Source: Eledone cirrhosa
Taxonomy: Eukaryota
Direction of reading: 5' to 3'
Assembly: GCA_964016885.1 (NCBI GenBank)
Contig: OZ024744.1
Span: 90,148,001 to 90,212,000, forward strand
DNA: 64,000 bases
The position numbers and the translations under genes are program-made. Below the pieces are notes generated by a model. That model saw only the letters and a list, made by a program, of their open reading frames with translations, was not told the origin of the DNA and ran no database searches. Below, piece by piece: positions 12,849 to 26,684 of this stretch. The stretch's first letter is position 1. Each line of letters begins with the position of its first letter.

Positions 12849-13765
12849 ATGGTGGATTGGCAATATCAGGAGAGCATTTGACAAAATGCTTAGCTATATT
12901 CAATTACAGCACTGAGTTCATATTCCACCAAGGTCATTTTTGCTTTTCATCCTTCCATGGTTGATGAAATAAAGCATCATCCCAGTCAAATAGTGGAATT
13001 GATTTAATCGACTTTCCTCTTTCCCAAATTACTGGCCTTGTGCATAAATTACAAACCATTCCTTACGGGGTCGATAAAATAAAGTACCAGTAATGTACTG
13101 GGTAATTGATGGCCTTGTGCCAAAAGTAGAAACAATTATTATTATGTAGGGCAGTGGTTTGGCAGTATCGATAGAGGGGCGGATGCCATGCATTGCCCTT
13201 TAACGGCCCTTTATGGTCTGAGTTGAAATCCTGCTGAGGTTAACTATGCCTTTCGTACTTATGGAGTCGATATAGTAAAGTACCAGTTATGCACTGGAGT
13301 TGATGTAATCAACTTTCACCTCCCCAAAAATTGCTGGCCTTGTGCCTATATAAGAAACGATTATTAAAAGCAGTAGATTGGCAGCATTGGTAGAGGGTTG
13401 GACTTCATGCTTTGCATCATAGAGTTACATCCCTTTACTGTCTGAGTTCAAACCCCACTGAGGTTAGCTTTGCCTTTCATCCTTATGGGGTCAATAAAAT
13501 AAGTACCAGTAATACACTGGGGTATTTGCTGACCTTGTGCCAAAAGTAGAAACAATTATTATTATTAAGGGCAGTGAATTAGCAGAATTATTAGTGTTGG
13601 ACAAAATGCTTCTGAGTATTTAGTTATGGCTCTTTACATTCTGAGTTTAAATCCTGCTGATGCAAACTTTACTTTTCATCCTTCCAGGTTTGATAAAATA
13701 AAGTACGAGTTAAGAACTGGGTTTGATACAAATGACTTTTCCTCCCATTAAATTGTTTATCGTTG
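12849..13765 (+). mobile_element. Head-to-tail run of about five tRNA-derived SINE copies or partials
   Basis: Repeated GGCAGTGG-n-TTGGCAGTATCG...CTGAGTTCAAATCC...CTTTCATCCT...GGCCTTGTGCC...ATTATT units. Confidence 0.85.
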
Positions 13766-13792
13766 TTGTTCTTATTATTATTATCATTATCA

Positions 13793-14437
13793 TCCTGCAC
13801 GCACTCGTCCAGTGTCCGAGCATTGCTGACTTGTGGGTTTATGTTGAACACCTACTGTTGCGTGTAGGATGGACGGATCCGGCTATCAGCTGAGTCCATC
13901 GTGAGGATTGCCCCGCCCTCTTCCTTTAGCCGGAAAGGGCAGGCAGTTTTTATCTGTCTTGTAGCCATGGTGAAAGAGATAGTTTGGTAGATGCGTCTGA
14001 AAGGGCTGAAGACGAGCACTTACCTCTTCGGTGATGCCCTGATTAACTTTTTCCAATTTCATTTGAAAAGGAAAATCAGGCTAGAGAGGGAAGTGCTCTC
14101 TTCCCAGCATTTTGTTGAAAGATGGGTGAGAGAGGCAAGAATGGCCCGAGTGAATGGGCCTACTCTGAGTATGTGCCTGTAAATTGAAGGTGGAAAACTG
14201 GGAGAGGGCACTTGCCCTGGTGGTCAGGGTCAACGTGGCTTTTTTTAATGGGCTTTCTTCATGATGGCCCTCGGAAGTCTCCCCCCTATTGGAGAATTTT
14301 TCATTGTTCCTTTTTTGTTACATCCTCTGTTTTTTTTTTTTTTTACACGCAGAAATGCCCATTTGTACCGTCTTGTATTGTCCTGTACTGTCCTTAATGC
14401 CTTACTTTGTGTAAACCCTTGTGGTTAATAAAGAAAG
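13793..14437 (+). mobile_element. 3' end of an L1/Tx1-like LINE
   Basis: HALVQCPSIADLW (tail of a CCHC knuckle) and FHLKRKIRLERE...FVERW, followed by a T-rich 3' UTR with AATAAA at ~14427. Confidence 0.55.
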
Positions 14438-14769
14438 CATTATTATTATCATTATCATCATCATCATCAATTAACATCTATCGTCCACGCTAGCATGGGT
14501 TAGATGGGTTGTTCCAATTAGAGGCAAGTTGGGTCGGGTGACCATGTCTCTCTCATATAGGAAAGTTTCTGACTTTTTTCTACGGCTGGATGCCTTTCCT
14601 AATGCCAACCACATTGACAGTGTGTGCTGGGTGCTTTTTGCTGTGTCTTTTACAGTGTGGGCTGGGAGTTTTGGGGCTGGTTTTCTACGGCTGGATGCCC
14701 TTCCTAACGCCAACCACATTTACAGTGTGTGCTGGGTACTTTTTGTCGTGGCACCTACATTATCATTAT

Positions 14770-15380
14770 TTTACACATTATCACTGCATTACTGAGCCCA
14801 GCTCTGTGCACCTTGTATATGTGCAGTGTGGTTTTTGGTGGTGTTATTTATATTATATTGAAAGTACTCTTCGCAATATTCATGCAGTACCTAGTAGTGC
14901 TATCCTTTGTATGGTGTATATATTTGTAAGCCCTGGAGTTTTGGTTATGTATCTGTCTGTATGTTATTTTATCATTCCCAGAGCACCTATTATTATAGGT
15001 ATTGTTTCTGTTTTCATCATCCACATTTGGGTTATTTCTGTCTCTAGATCTTTATATTTGGATAGTTTCTCCATTTCCTTGTCATCTCTGAGAATTGATA
15101 CATCAATTAGAAGACATTTTTTCTTAGTAGTCTGTTTATAATATCTAGTTGGTTGGCTTTGATCTCCCTGCCTGTGTGTATTGGAATATCCCAGAGAATG
15201 GTTGCTTTCTAATTCTCTGATACCTTTTCTGGTGGGTGTGTTTGTACCATCTTTTGTCTGTGGGTATGTCATAATGTTGGCATAATTTCCAATGTTTGTA
15301 GGTCCCTACTGTATCTAGGATGTATTCCTTTTTGGCTAAGACTGGGCAGCCAGAGATAGTGTGGTTAATGGTTTCTTTTA
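14770..15380 (-). mobile_element. R4/Dong-like (restriction-like endonuclease) LINE 3' fragment
   Basis: ORF 14964-15272 contains CLLIDVSI...EKLSKYKDLETEI...IPIIIGALG. Confidence 0.8.
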
Positions 15381-15398
15381 TTATTATTTTTATTATTA

Positions 15399-15820
15399 TA
15401 GGCAGTGGTTTGGCAGTATTGGTGGAGCGTCAGACGCCATGCTTTGCAGTATAGTATAGAGTTACGGTCCTTTATGGTTTGAGTTCAAATCCTGCAGAGG
15501 TTAACTATGCCTTTCACCCTTACGAGGTCGCTAAAATAAAGTACCAGTAACGCACTGGGGTTGATTTAATCGACATTCCCCTCCCCCCAATTACTGGCCT
15601 TGTGCCTATACTAGAAATCATTATTATGGACGGTGGTTTGGCAGTATCGGTGGAGCGTCAGACGCCATGCTTTGCAGCATAGAGTTATGGCCCTTTACGT
15701 TCTGAGTTCAAATTCCGCTGTGGTTAACTTTACCTTTCATCCTTCTGGGGTCGATAAAGTACCAGTAATGCACTGGGGTAATTGCTGGCCTTGTGCCAAA
15801 AGTAGAAATTATTATTATAA
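15399..15820 (+). mobile_element. Two tandem tRNA-derived SINE copies
   Basis: Same family as 12849-13765. Confidence 0.85.
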
Positions 15821-15835
15821 TTATTGTTATTTTGT

Positions 15836-16940
15836 TTAGCTCAGTTCTGTTTCTCTATTGCCAGGTTCTATTGCCTTGAACTTAGGGCAATAGAAGTTTT
15901 CAGTGTGTAGAGAGAGAACTCGTCTGAGAATGTGTGCTGTTTGTAGTATCCCAATCTTCTGTAGCTCATATTTGCTGATCTTGCAGGGAAGGACGCTAAG
16001 GTGCAAGTCTAAGGATTTGGGTATTAAACTTAATGCTCCTATTACCACAGGGATAGTGTTTGTGGCCATCCTCCACATGCGGTTAATCTCTATGTCCAGG
16101 TCTTTGTACTTGGGCAGATTTTCCATTGTTTTATAGATGTATTCTTGTCAGCTGGTACAGAAATATCTACAAGGCTACGTGTCTGAACTATTTTATCTTT
16201 TATGATGAAATCTGGTCTGTTGTCAGCGATTTCTCTGTCAGTTCATCATCATCATCATCATCACCGTTTTATGATGATGATGATGAACTGACCGAGAAAT
16301 CACAGTTATCACAGGCATATCCCACAAGATGGATATATTGCCCCTTTCCATGACTGTTTTTGGTTGATGTTCATACTATTTGTTATAAGTTTGGATGTCA
16401 TGAGAGCGGCAGAGCATCTAGTGCACATATTTGGCAATGCGGTTGTGTCTTTCAATATAGTTAGTTTTGCCAGCTCCGGACACCCAGACATAACATGATC
16501 TACCGTTTCTTTGTAATTGTAACATATTCTGCATAGAGGACTAGTCCCATCTTTCACTAGTCTGTGTCTCTAGGTCCGAGTGTTTAGAGATTGGTCTTGT
16601 GCAGCAACTAAGAGTCCCTCAGTCTCAAACCAGCACTTCTGAGCCAGAATAGTGAGCCATGTTGATCGATATCATTGTCAGAAAGTCGTTCTGGGAATCT
16701 ACCATGTAGTGGTTTTACCTTCCATTCACAGTTTAGTTCCTCTGTTTGGAGTTTCTTTGCTTTGATCTTCAGTCGTAGCTAGCTGTGCAGCATTCTGTTG
16801 TTGATTTTCTATGGGGGTGTCTTGTTCCATGTTCAGTTTTTGCCTAAACTTACTTGCCTCTTTTGTTATTGAGTGCAGTTTCTTAATTCGTTCATACTGT
16901 TTATGATGTTAAAGCTGTATGATACCTCTGGTACTACTAT
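15836..16940 (-). mobile_element. Decayed R4/Dong-like LINE 3' part
   Basis: CRIC...ETVDHVMSGC zinc knuckle and KYKDLDIEINRMW...IPVVIGAL endonuclease tail, with frameshifts. Confidence 0.85.
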
Positions 16941-16952
16941 TATTATTTTTTA

Positions 16953-17336
16953 TAGGGTGGTAGAGGATCGGACACCATGCTTTGCAACATAGTCACGGCC
17001 CTTTACAATCTGAGTTCAAATCCCGCCGAGGTTAACTTTACCTTTCATCCTTACGAGGTCGATAAAATAAGGTACCAGTAATGCACTGAGACAATTGCTG
17101 GCCTTGTGCCAAAAGTAGAAACAATTATTATTATAGGGCAGTGGTGGATTGGCAGTATCGGTAGAGGGCTGGACGCCATGCTTTGCTGCGTAGAGTTACG
17201 GCCCTTAACAGTCTGAGTTCAAATCCAGCCGAGGTTAACTTGCCTGTCATCCTCACGGGGTCGATAGAATAAAGTACCAGTAATGCACTGGGATAATTCC
17301 TGGCCTTGTGCCAAAAGTAGAAACAATTATTATTAT
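16953..17336 (+). mobile_element. Two tandem tRNA-derived SINE copies
   Basis: Same family as 12849-13765. Confidence 0.85.
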
Positions 17337-17394
17337 TGTAGTTGTTATTATTGTAATGTAGCTTTAGAAGCCAATAAAGAAATCACTATTATTA

Positions 17395-18040
17395 TAAAAA
17401 GTGCAGAGTGCTCAAAGTTGATGGAAGCTATGGCGTAGGAAGATTTGGGATAGGTGATAAAAGTTGACCTTGCACAATTGTACCTCTCAGAGGTGATGAC
17501 ACAGGGCTGTGATCTCTGGTGCTATGCAGTATTACAGAAGACCCACCTTCTCATATGCAGGGGCTGATACATACATCTAGTATGCACCACCTTCCCTCCC
17601 ATACAGCTCCCATATTGTAATCATACATCTACGTCCTAACACCCCACCCCTAGATCTAACCCTACCACCACCACCACCACCAGCACCATGCATCTCCTCG
17701 ACTCAAGTCCCCAATCCACACTAATAAAGTGGTTGTCTTGGTGCCATGACAATGAGCACCCAGTCCACACTGTAAAGTGATCGTGGCGATGTCACAACAA
17801 AATGAACCTAGTCCACACTGTAGAGGGGTTTTGTAGGTGTCATGACAAAAAGTGGTCGTGTAGGTGTCACGACAAAAAGCATCTAGTACACACTGTAAAT
17901 GTGGTTGGCATTTGGAAAGGCATCCAGCTGTAGAAACCAAGACAAAATCAGTTCTGTGTGAGCCAAACATGGTCCTCCATTCTGGCTTGTCTCACAACAG
18001 GGCAGCTTGTCTAACCCATGCTAGCATGGATGATGATGAT
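17395..18040 (+). mobile_element. Old RTE LINE 3' end just upstream of exon 2
   Basis: KKCRVLKVDGSYGVG remnant, the shared 3' UTR block and a (GAT)n tail. Confidence 0.75.
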
Positions 18041-18188
18041 ATTGTAATTTATGATTATTAATGACCATAATGTGTATTCTCACTGTCTTTTTTTTTATTC
18101 TCTCTCTCATTTTTTTTTCACTTTCCACCCACCTCGTTTTACAACACGTACCGTCTGGGCATGCCGTTTGTTCCTGTGCCACATCCAG

Positions 18189-18322
18189 AAACAATCTCCC
18201 TAGCAAAAGTCATCCGCTTTCACCGCTCTAAGAACAGCAATTTCCTATCATTCGATGTTGATCAGATAGTCGAAGTGAAGAGTAAAGGAGGTGGGCGTAT
18301 CCCCTACCTTTGGGGTGGTGAG
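18189..18322 (+). CDS. MIA3: Coding exon 2 of the TANGO1/MIA3-like gene (SH3 core)
   Basis: Acceptor catccag| at 18188 after a pyrimidine-rich stretch. The phase-1 join gives G+AA=Glu, then TISLAKVIRFHRSKNSNFLSFDVDQIVEVKSKGGGRIPYLWGGE, matching the LSF...V-x-SK-x-G...LWG pattern of invertebrate Tango1. Donor GAG|gtatgt, phase 0. Confidence 0.85.
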
Positions 18323-18327
18323 GTATG

Positions 18328-18362
<35 letters not shown>

Positions 18363-18509
18363 ATAGTTGCATGTGTGTGTCTGTGTGTGTGTTAATATGT
18401 ATATTTATACATGTTGCTTTTGTAATATAGAAGACATTCAGTGCTTATAGCCTTTTGTTTGGCCCTCTCAGACTGGTGAGATTGATGAAGTCCCATTTGA
18501 ATCAAGTCA

Positions 18510-21100
18510 GATCTGGTGACCGTGGCTTGGTTTCTACAGCTGGATACCCTTCCTAATGCCAACCACATTTATAGTGTGTACAGGGTGCTTTTTATCGTAG
18601 CACCAACATGAACATTTTACAATATGGACTGCGTGCTTTTTGCCATGATACCTACACAACCACTTTACAGTGTGGACTGGGCGCTTTTTGTTGCCACCAA
18701 AACCACTACTTTACAGTCTGGGCCGGGCGCTTTTAGTCGTGGCACCGAATTGAGCACTTTACTGTGTGAACTGGGGATTGGGGTAGGGGATGTACGTGCG
18801 GAATGGAGAGGTAGATCTAGGGTAGGGCACTTATCTGGAGAAGGGTGGGGTGTAGGGACGTGAGTGAAGGGTGGGTTGTTAGGACATGGGAGGTGTATAG
18901 AAAGTAGGGAAAAGTGGTGCATACTAGGCCTATGCACATGGGAAGGCCATCTTCTATATTACTGCATAACACCAGAGATCTTGATTCTGTGACATCACCT
19001 TTGAGAGGTGGAATTGTGCAATCACCTCATCCCAAGTCTTCCTAAGTCTTCCTACTTCATAGCTTCCATCAACTTTGAGCGCCCTGCAGCTTTTTATACA
19101 GCTGTCATCCTTCATAAGCATCACATGACCATACCAGTATAATCTCCTCTCCTGCACACTGCATGTTTATTACTATTACACATCCATCAAAGTATGCAAA
19201 CTTCATTTCTTTCCAATCTTCACAGGTCCTTTGCGCAAAGGGCCCAGGCCTCACTATCATGCAATATTGTTGCTCATATACACGCATCATACAATCTACC
19301 CTTCATTTTGAGAGAAAAATCTTTTGTAGCTATATATTTATTTATATATATGTGTATATATCATCATCATTGCCCTTAATTGTTTTATCTATCATACTGA
19401 AGTCAACTTTTATGACTGGTCCCTCAGTAGGGTCAGCATGGGTTAAGCCCTCACTGTCACATATATTTTTCTCATTCAGCAGCCTCTCATTGTAAGTCTT
19501 CCATGTCTTCTCCTTTTCAGTGTCAGACAAGACAAGTTTTCCTCTATCATTTCAGACACCCTATTCCCCAGTTTTCTCTAGCATAATATTATTATTTCTG
19601 GCAATATTATAACAATCTGACCATCCCCAAATATGACAATATTTGTTTCAACACACGATTTCATATCAAAAACCTTGCAAAACCTGCTGACGAAGAAGGG
19701 TTTCTCTCTGCGTACTAAAGGCCTGTTATATGATGCCCGTGTGAGGAGTGTGATGCTGCATGAGAATATGCGACGGCTGGAGAGAAATGAGGCAAGCATG
19801 TCCCGTTGGATGTGCAATGTCAATGTGCGTGAACGACCGATCATGGATATGTTGAGAAAGAAACTGTGTCTGAGAGGGATAGAATGTAGTGTGCGGGAGA
19901 GGAGACTGCGATGGTATGGACATGTGATGCGCATGGAGGATGACCGATGGTTGAAGAAGTGCCAGGAAATGCCAGTTAAAGGAAGACGGAATAGAGGAAG
20001 ACCATGAAAAACATAGGCGGAGATGGTGAGAGCAGACCTCAGATCGCTGAAGCTCATGGTGGAGATGACGAAGGACCGTGACAAGTGGAGAGATGCTGTG
20101 CTGAATAGGACCCGTTTCACCCTTGCAAGCAGGGAAAAGCAGACTTAAAATGATGATGAAAATGATGATATACACACTTGTGGTTTAAGAGTGTAAATGA
20201 GATATAGAATGCTCAACAATTGTGTGTCATACAGAGAATGTCCATCTGATGGAATTCGACACAAATTTTTCATCTACTTAATTTGTTACACAGTGGAGCT
20301 GAAGCCCAAACCTCATGATTGTAAAGCAAACTTCTTAACCATTCATACATGTATGGTATCATTGACAAGTGTCTTTTGTTTTACTTTAGTCACATGTCAA
20401 CTTAAGCCTGGGAAAGAATATATTTTTTCCTTCTCATCAATAGAAACAATAGTGCTTTTTGAAAAAAAGCTTGCGTTTCCAAAGAAGAATTTATGTGAGC
20501 TCCACAAAAATGCACAATTTGCGAAGTGGATGGGGGTAAACAAACATACACAAATATATAAACATGTATATACATCTCAAAGGCGATGACACAGGACCGT
20601 GATCTGACGCTATGCAGAAGACCCGCCCTCCTATATGTACGAGCCAAGGCATACATCTAGTATGCATCACCTTCCCCCACCATACACCTCCCTTGTTGTA
20701 ATCACCATATTTACTTCCCCAATTCCACATGCATCTCCCCACCCAATTCCCAAATCTACACCATAAAGTGGTCATTTTGGAGGCATGACAATAAGTACCC
20801 AGTCCACACCGAAAAGTGGTCGTGTTGGTGACATGACAAAATGTGTCCGGCCCACACTACAAAGTGGTCAGGTAGGAGACACGACAAAAAGCACTCAGCC
20901 CACACTGTAAAGCGATCATGTAGGAGTCACAATAAAAAGATCCCACTTCACACTGTAAATGTGGTTGGTGTTAGGAAGGGCATCCAAGCCCAAATCAGTT
21001 CTATGTGAGCAAATCATGGTCCTCTGACCTGGATGTCTCACAACAGGACAGCTCATCTTACTCATCCTAGCTTGGAAAATGGATGTTAAATGATGATATT
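18510..21100. mobile_element. Old RTE LINE fragments: minus strand 18510-19560, plus strand 19684-20170 and 20580-21100
   Basis: [25 protein letters not shown] and the shared 3' UTR motifs. A Penelope-like fragment at 19577-19683 resembles 55460-55520 and 62400-62475. Confidence 0.75.
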
Positions 21101-22448
21101 ATATAAACATATACATTATATATACATACATACATTTATATACACACACACACATATCTATATATATACACACTCATTTAATCTGTTGGAATTGCTCCTT
21201 GTAAATGCATGGTGAGCCTCTTATAGTATTGTACTTGTATGGTCAGTATAACAGTTGGAGTCACACAGTTTAGAATTTTCATATTTACAGTCAAATTTGT
21301 AAATCACATTGGTCATTTGTAGCTTGGTCTTGGCTATGCATGCTTGTGGTTTGTTTTTGATAAGGAAGTTTTTGTATATTTTTTTACTATTAATTTATGG
21401 TATGGTATGTATTTGATTAATATATTACACAATCTAATTTGTGTATTTTTAATGGGGGGGCAATGTCTTGCATTGTTTGTATGTCTATATTTATCTGTGG
21501 CTTGGGTCATTTACTCCTAGTTTTCATCACCTAACTAACTGTCCTTTAGGATAGTTAGTGGCTATAAGCTTTAAGTGTCAAGTGTGATGTATTGCAGTTT
21601 TTCAAGTGTGATGTATTGCAGTAAGTATAAGTTCAACCCCTTTGCGAAGACAAATTCATTTACGAAACAATAATACAAACAAATATTGTTAATTGCATTG
21701 GTCAGGCGGAAAAATGTTTGTCAGAGAAGTTGAGTGTTGCTATAAAGAAAAATATAGAACCACCATTAGGGTGTCTTAATATTATTGAAATTTGCTGAAA
21801 TTTTGTGAATAGGCATCATATCTTGTCATTTAACTATGGTTTAAATCTCATATAAATCGAAGGGAAAACATTTTCAGCGGGGGTTTTGTGCTCTCGGGGA
21901 ACCCTTTGATTAAAAGGAAATATACTTATCCAAGTACTCTGGGCAATGTAGTTTCAGAATATATATGGTTATGGGGGTCTATCTCCAAAACCATAGGAGG
22001 AGTTCGTGAAATCTTGTTCCATTTATAGGCCAAAATTTTCACTATAGGGGGTTTAACACCCATTAGGGTTTGAACAGAAAGAGGAGAATTCTGGCCGGAT
22101 ATGGCAGGTTTAAATGCTAAAGGGTTAAACACAGGGTTAAATACTTCAGGTACCTGATGAAGGCTGGACAATATAATAGTCAAAATATTGTGACCATATC
22201 ATCTGAACCGATATAAGGACACCAGTTTGTATATGATTCCTTTTTTCTATATGCAAAAATCTTTAACTAAACGACAAATTTGGTTAGACATGCTGATGGG
22301 GTTTAATACATGGAAACATATTCACATAAATAAAATGGCGAGCTTTGTGGTTGCAATTATCATCATCAACAACATTTAACAGCCATCTTCCATGCTAGCA
22401 TGGATCATGGAAATGGACGTTAAATGATGATGATAATGATGATGATAA

Positions 22449-22494
<46 letters not shown>

Positions 22495-22499
<5 letters not shown>

Positions 22500-23350
22500 T
22501 CTTCATCAACATCGTTTAACGTCTATCTTCAACGCTAGCATGGGTTAGACGGGAGTTGTCCCACTTGATGCAAGATTGGTCGGGTGACCATGTCTCATTC
22601 GTATAGGACTATCTGGCAGGTTTACTACAGCTGGATGCCCTTCCTAACACCAACCACATTTACGTGGACTGTGTTTTTCTTTTTGTCATGAGACCTACAT
22701 GATTAGTTTGGACTGGATGTTGTGGGACCAACATAACTTTACACAGAGAGGGAGGTGTTGGTGGGACTGGGAGGATGGAGTGGGGTAGTGGGTTGGGGTG
22801 TATGTTTGGTTTGGAGGGGCCTACTGACTGTAGGCAAACTTTCCACGTAGGGAAGGTGGGTCTTCTCTAATACTGCGTGGCACCAAAGATCTCGATCCAG
22901 TGACATTGTCTTAGAGAAGTGCAAGTGTGCAAGGTCGGAATTTATCATGTCATCCCAAGTTTTTCTGGGTCTACCTACTCCGTAACTTCCATCAATTTTG
23001 ATCGCCCTGCACTTTTTTATACAGATATTATATATATATGTATATATACATCATCATCATCATCATCATCACCGTTTTACGTCCGTTCTTCCATGCTAGC
23101 ATGGGTTAGACGGGTTATCCTGTTGTGGGCAGTGTCCGGTCAGCTGACCATGCCTTGCTCATACAGGAACTGATTTTGGCTTGATTTCTACAGCTGGATG
23201 CCCTTCCTAACACCAACCTCATTTACAGTGAGTGCTGGGTGCTTATTTTCCGTGGCGCCTGAACGTCCACTTTACAGTGTGGGCTGTGTGCTTTTTTGCG
23301 TGGCACCTCTACGACCACTTTGCAGTGGGAGGGTGTGGGGGCATATTGTC
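22495..23350 (-). mobile_element. Two RTE LINE 3' ends (family A-like 22495-23020; family B-like 23048-23350)
   Basis: (CAT)n tails on the + strand, [21 protein letters not shown] and shared 3' UTRs. Confidence 0.8.
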
Positions 23351-23439
23351 TATATATACATATATATATATATTTATATATACACATATATATGTATATA
23401 TAAATATGTATATATAAATATATATATATGTATATATAC

Positions 23440-23479
<40 letters not shown>

Positions 23480-23493
23480 ATATGTATATGTAC

Positions 23494-23803
23494 ATGTTCT
23501 TTTTTTTGGTAAATATCATCTTGGTTAAGAGAGTGGGACTGGCTTTGTGCAGTGCCTTTGCTCACTATAAAAGCTTAACGGCACAGGCATTGCTTTATAT
23601 CTGGAGATCTCTCTGCACTTGTCGTCACATGGTACCATGGGCCCAGCACTATGTGACAATAATTGTCACAAGTGTAGTGTTTGTACCAGAATTTTCAAGT
23701 CGCTGGCTGGACTAGAAAGTCACACTCGTTCATCGCATCGGTAGGGGTTCTCCTACATCGATATAAAGTAGTCGCCGTACTCGAAAACGAGTTGGCAGCC
23801 ACC
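23494..23803 (+). mobile_element. Non-autonomous RTE derivative, 5'-truncated copy 1
   Basis: Near-identical to the 3' half of 32755-33361. Confidence 0.85.
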
Positions 23804-23810
23804 TTGTATG

Positions 23811-23862
<52 letters not shown>

Positions 23863-24673
23863 TGTATGTATGTATATATGTATGTATATATGTATGTATG
23901 TATGTAAGAATTAAAATACTAGTGTGTTGGAGTTAAACACCCTCTTCATATTATAGAAATGACAGTATATATGTATGTATGTATGTATATATATATATGT
24001 ATGTATATATATATGTATGTATATGTATGTAAATATATGTATGTATGTATGTATGTATCTATATGTATTTATGTATGTATATATATGTATGTATGTATAT
24101 ATATGTATGTATGTATATATATGTATGTATGTATATATATATATATGTATGTATATATATATATATGTATGTATATATGTATGTATGTATATATATATAT
24201 ATGTATGTATTTATATATATATGTATGTATATATATATGTATGTATGTGTATGTATGTATGTATGTATGTATGTATATATGTATGTATGTATGTGTATGT
24301 ATGTATGTATGTATATGTATATGTATATATATATGTATATATATATATGTATATATATATATGTATATATATATATATGTATGTATGTGTATATATATGT
24401 ATGTATGTGTATATATATGTATGTATGTATGTGTATATATATGTATGTATGTATGTGTATATATATGTATGTATGTATGTGTATATATATATATGTATGT
24501 ATGTGTGTATATATATATATATGTATGTACGTGTATATATATATATGTATGTATGTGTATATATATATATATGTATGTACGTGTATATATATATATATGT
24601 ATGTACGTGTATATATATATATATGTATGTACGTGTATATATATATATGTATGTACGTGTATATATATATATG

Positions 24674-25027
24674 TGATATAACACCTGCAACCCTGATGGT
24701 ATCCAATGATGTTGACTTGTTCTTCTTTTTGGTAAATATCCTCTTGGTTAAGAGAGTGGGACTGGCTTTGTGCAATGCCTTTGCTCACTATAAAAGCTTC
24801 ACGGCACAGGCATTGCTTTATATCTGGAGATCTCTCTGCACTTGTCGTCACATGGTGCCATGGGCCCAGCACTATGTGTCAATAATTGTCACAAGTGTAG
24901 TGTTTGTACCAGAGTTTTCAAGTCGCTGGCTGGACTAAAGAGTCACACTCGTTCAGCACATCGGTAGGAGTTCTCCTACATGGATATAAAGTAGTGGCCG
25001 TACTCGAAAAACGAGTTGGCAGCCGCC
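24674..25027 (+). mobile_element. Non-autonomous RTE derivative, 5'-truncated copy 2
   Basis: Near-identical to the 3' part of 32755-33361. Confidence 0.85.
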
Positions 25028-25244
25028 ATATATAATGTATGTGTATGTATGTATATGTATGTATATATATATGTATGTATATACAATGTATATATGTATG
25101 TATATATATATGTATGTATATACAATGTATATATATATGTATATATATATGTATGTATATACAATGTATATATATATGTATATATATATGTATGTATATA
25201 CAATGTATATATATATGTATATATATATGTATGTATATACAATG

Positions 25245-25277
<33 letters not shown>

Positions 25278-25310
25278 ATACAATGTATATATATATGTAT
25301 GTTTATACAA

Positions 25311-26530
25311 TGTCTAACTCTTTCAGCTGCGCAGAGGGCTCTATAGAAATAGTGGACAGCTTCCGTTACCTGGGCGATAAAATCAGCAGTGGGGGAGGGT
25401 GCTCTGAAAGTACAGTAGCTAGAATCAGAACTGGATGGAAAAAGTTCAGAGAGCTTATACCACTATTAGCCGCTAAAGGGTTCTCCCTAAAAATGAAAGG
25501 CAGGTTGTATGATGCCTGCATACGAACAGCAATGTTGCATGCCAGTGAGACCTGGGCATTGTGTGCAGAGGATATACGCAGACTAGAGAGGAACGAAGCT
25601 TGCATGCTCCGCTGGATGTGTAATAGTAATATACGTGAATGGCAAAGCATAAACGAACTAAGGAAAAAATTAGAAATAAGAGGGATCAGATGTTGTTTAC
25701 TCGAGAGAAGGCTACGTTGGTATGGTCACATGATGCGCATGAAAGACGACAGCTGTATAAAAAAGTGCAGGGCAATAAAGATAGATGGTAGCCACGGAGT
25801 AGGCAGACCCAGAAAAACCTGGGACGACCTGATAAATTCCGACCTCACACACTTACACCTCTCCAAGACAATGTCACTGGACCGAGACCTTTGGCGGTAC
25901 TCAGTAACAGAGAAGACCCGCCTCACCTAAATACAAAGTAAAACCTACTAGTCAGTAGGCATCTCTCACAAAATACACCCCCGTCCCACCCCATCCACAC
26001 CGCCCCCTTCAATGCAAAGTTATGTTGGTGCCACAACATCCAGCCCGAAACAAACGAGATCGTGTAGGTGTCACGACAAAAAAACACACAGTCCATGCTG
26101 TAATGTGACCGTGTAGGCAACACGGTAAAAACCTCCCAGTCCCACACTGTAAATGTGGTTGGTGTTAGGAAGGGCATCCAGCTGTAGAAAACACGCCAGA
26201 CAGTCCACGCTGTAATGTGGCCGTGTAGGCAACACGGTAAAAACCTCCCAGTCCCACACTGTAAATGTGGTTGGTGTTAGGAAGGGCATCCAGCTGTAGA
26301 AAACACGCCAGACGGTCCACGCTGTAATGTGGCCGTGTAGGCAACACGGTAAAAACCTCCCAGCCCCACACTGTAAATGTGGTTGGTGTTAGGAAGGGCA
26401 TCCAGCTGTAGAAAACCCGCCAGACAGTCCTATGCGAGCAAGACAACCACTCTTGCCTCAAGTGGGAAAACCCCCCGTCCAAACCCATGCAAGCGTGGAA
26501 CAGGGACGTTAAACGATGATGATGATGATG
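25311..26530 (+). mobile_element. RTE LINE family A, 5'-truncated, with a triplicated 112-bp 3' UTR module
   Basis: VDSFRYLGD...RRLRWYGH...GRPRKTW ORF ending at 25930, followed by a (GAT)n tail. Confidence 0.92.
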
Positions 26531-26628
26531 ATATATATATATATATGTATGTATATACAATGTATATATATATGTATGTTTATACAATGTATATATATAT
26601 ATATATATATATGTATGTTTATACAATG

Positions 26629-26684
<56 letters not shown>

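Noticed and set aside
22154-22195. Hammerhead-like CTGATGA-AGGCTG...TAGTC-AAAA
   Set aside because: GAAA is mutated and stems I and III are not convincing. At best it is a decayed remnant.
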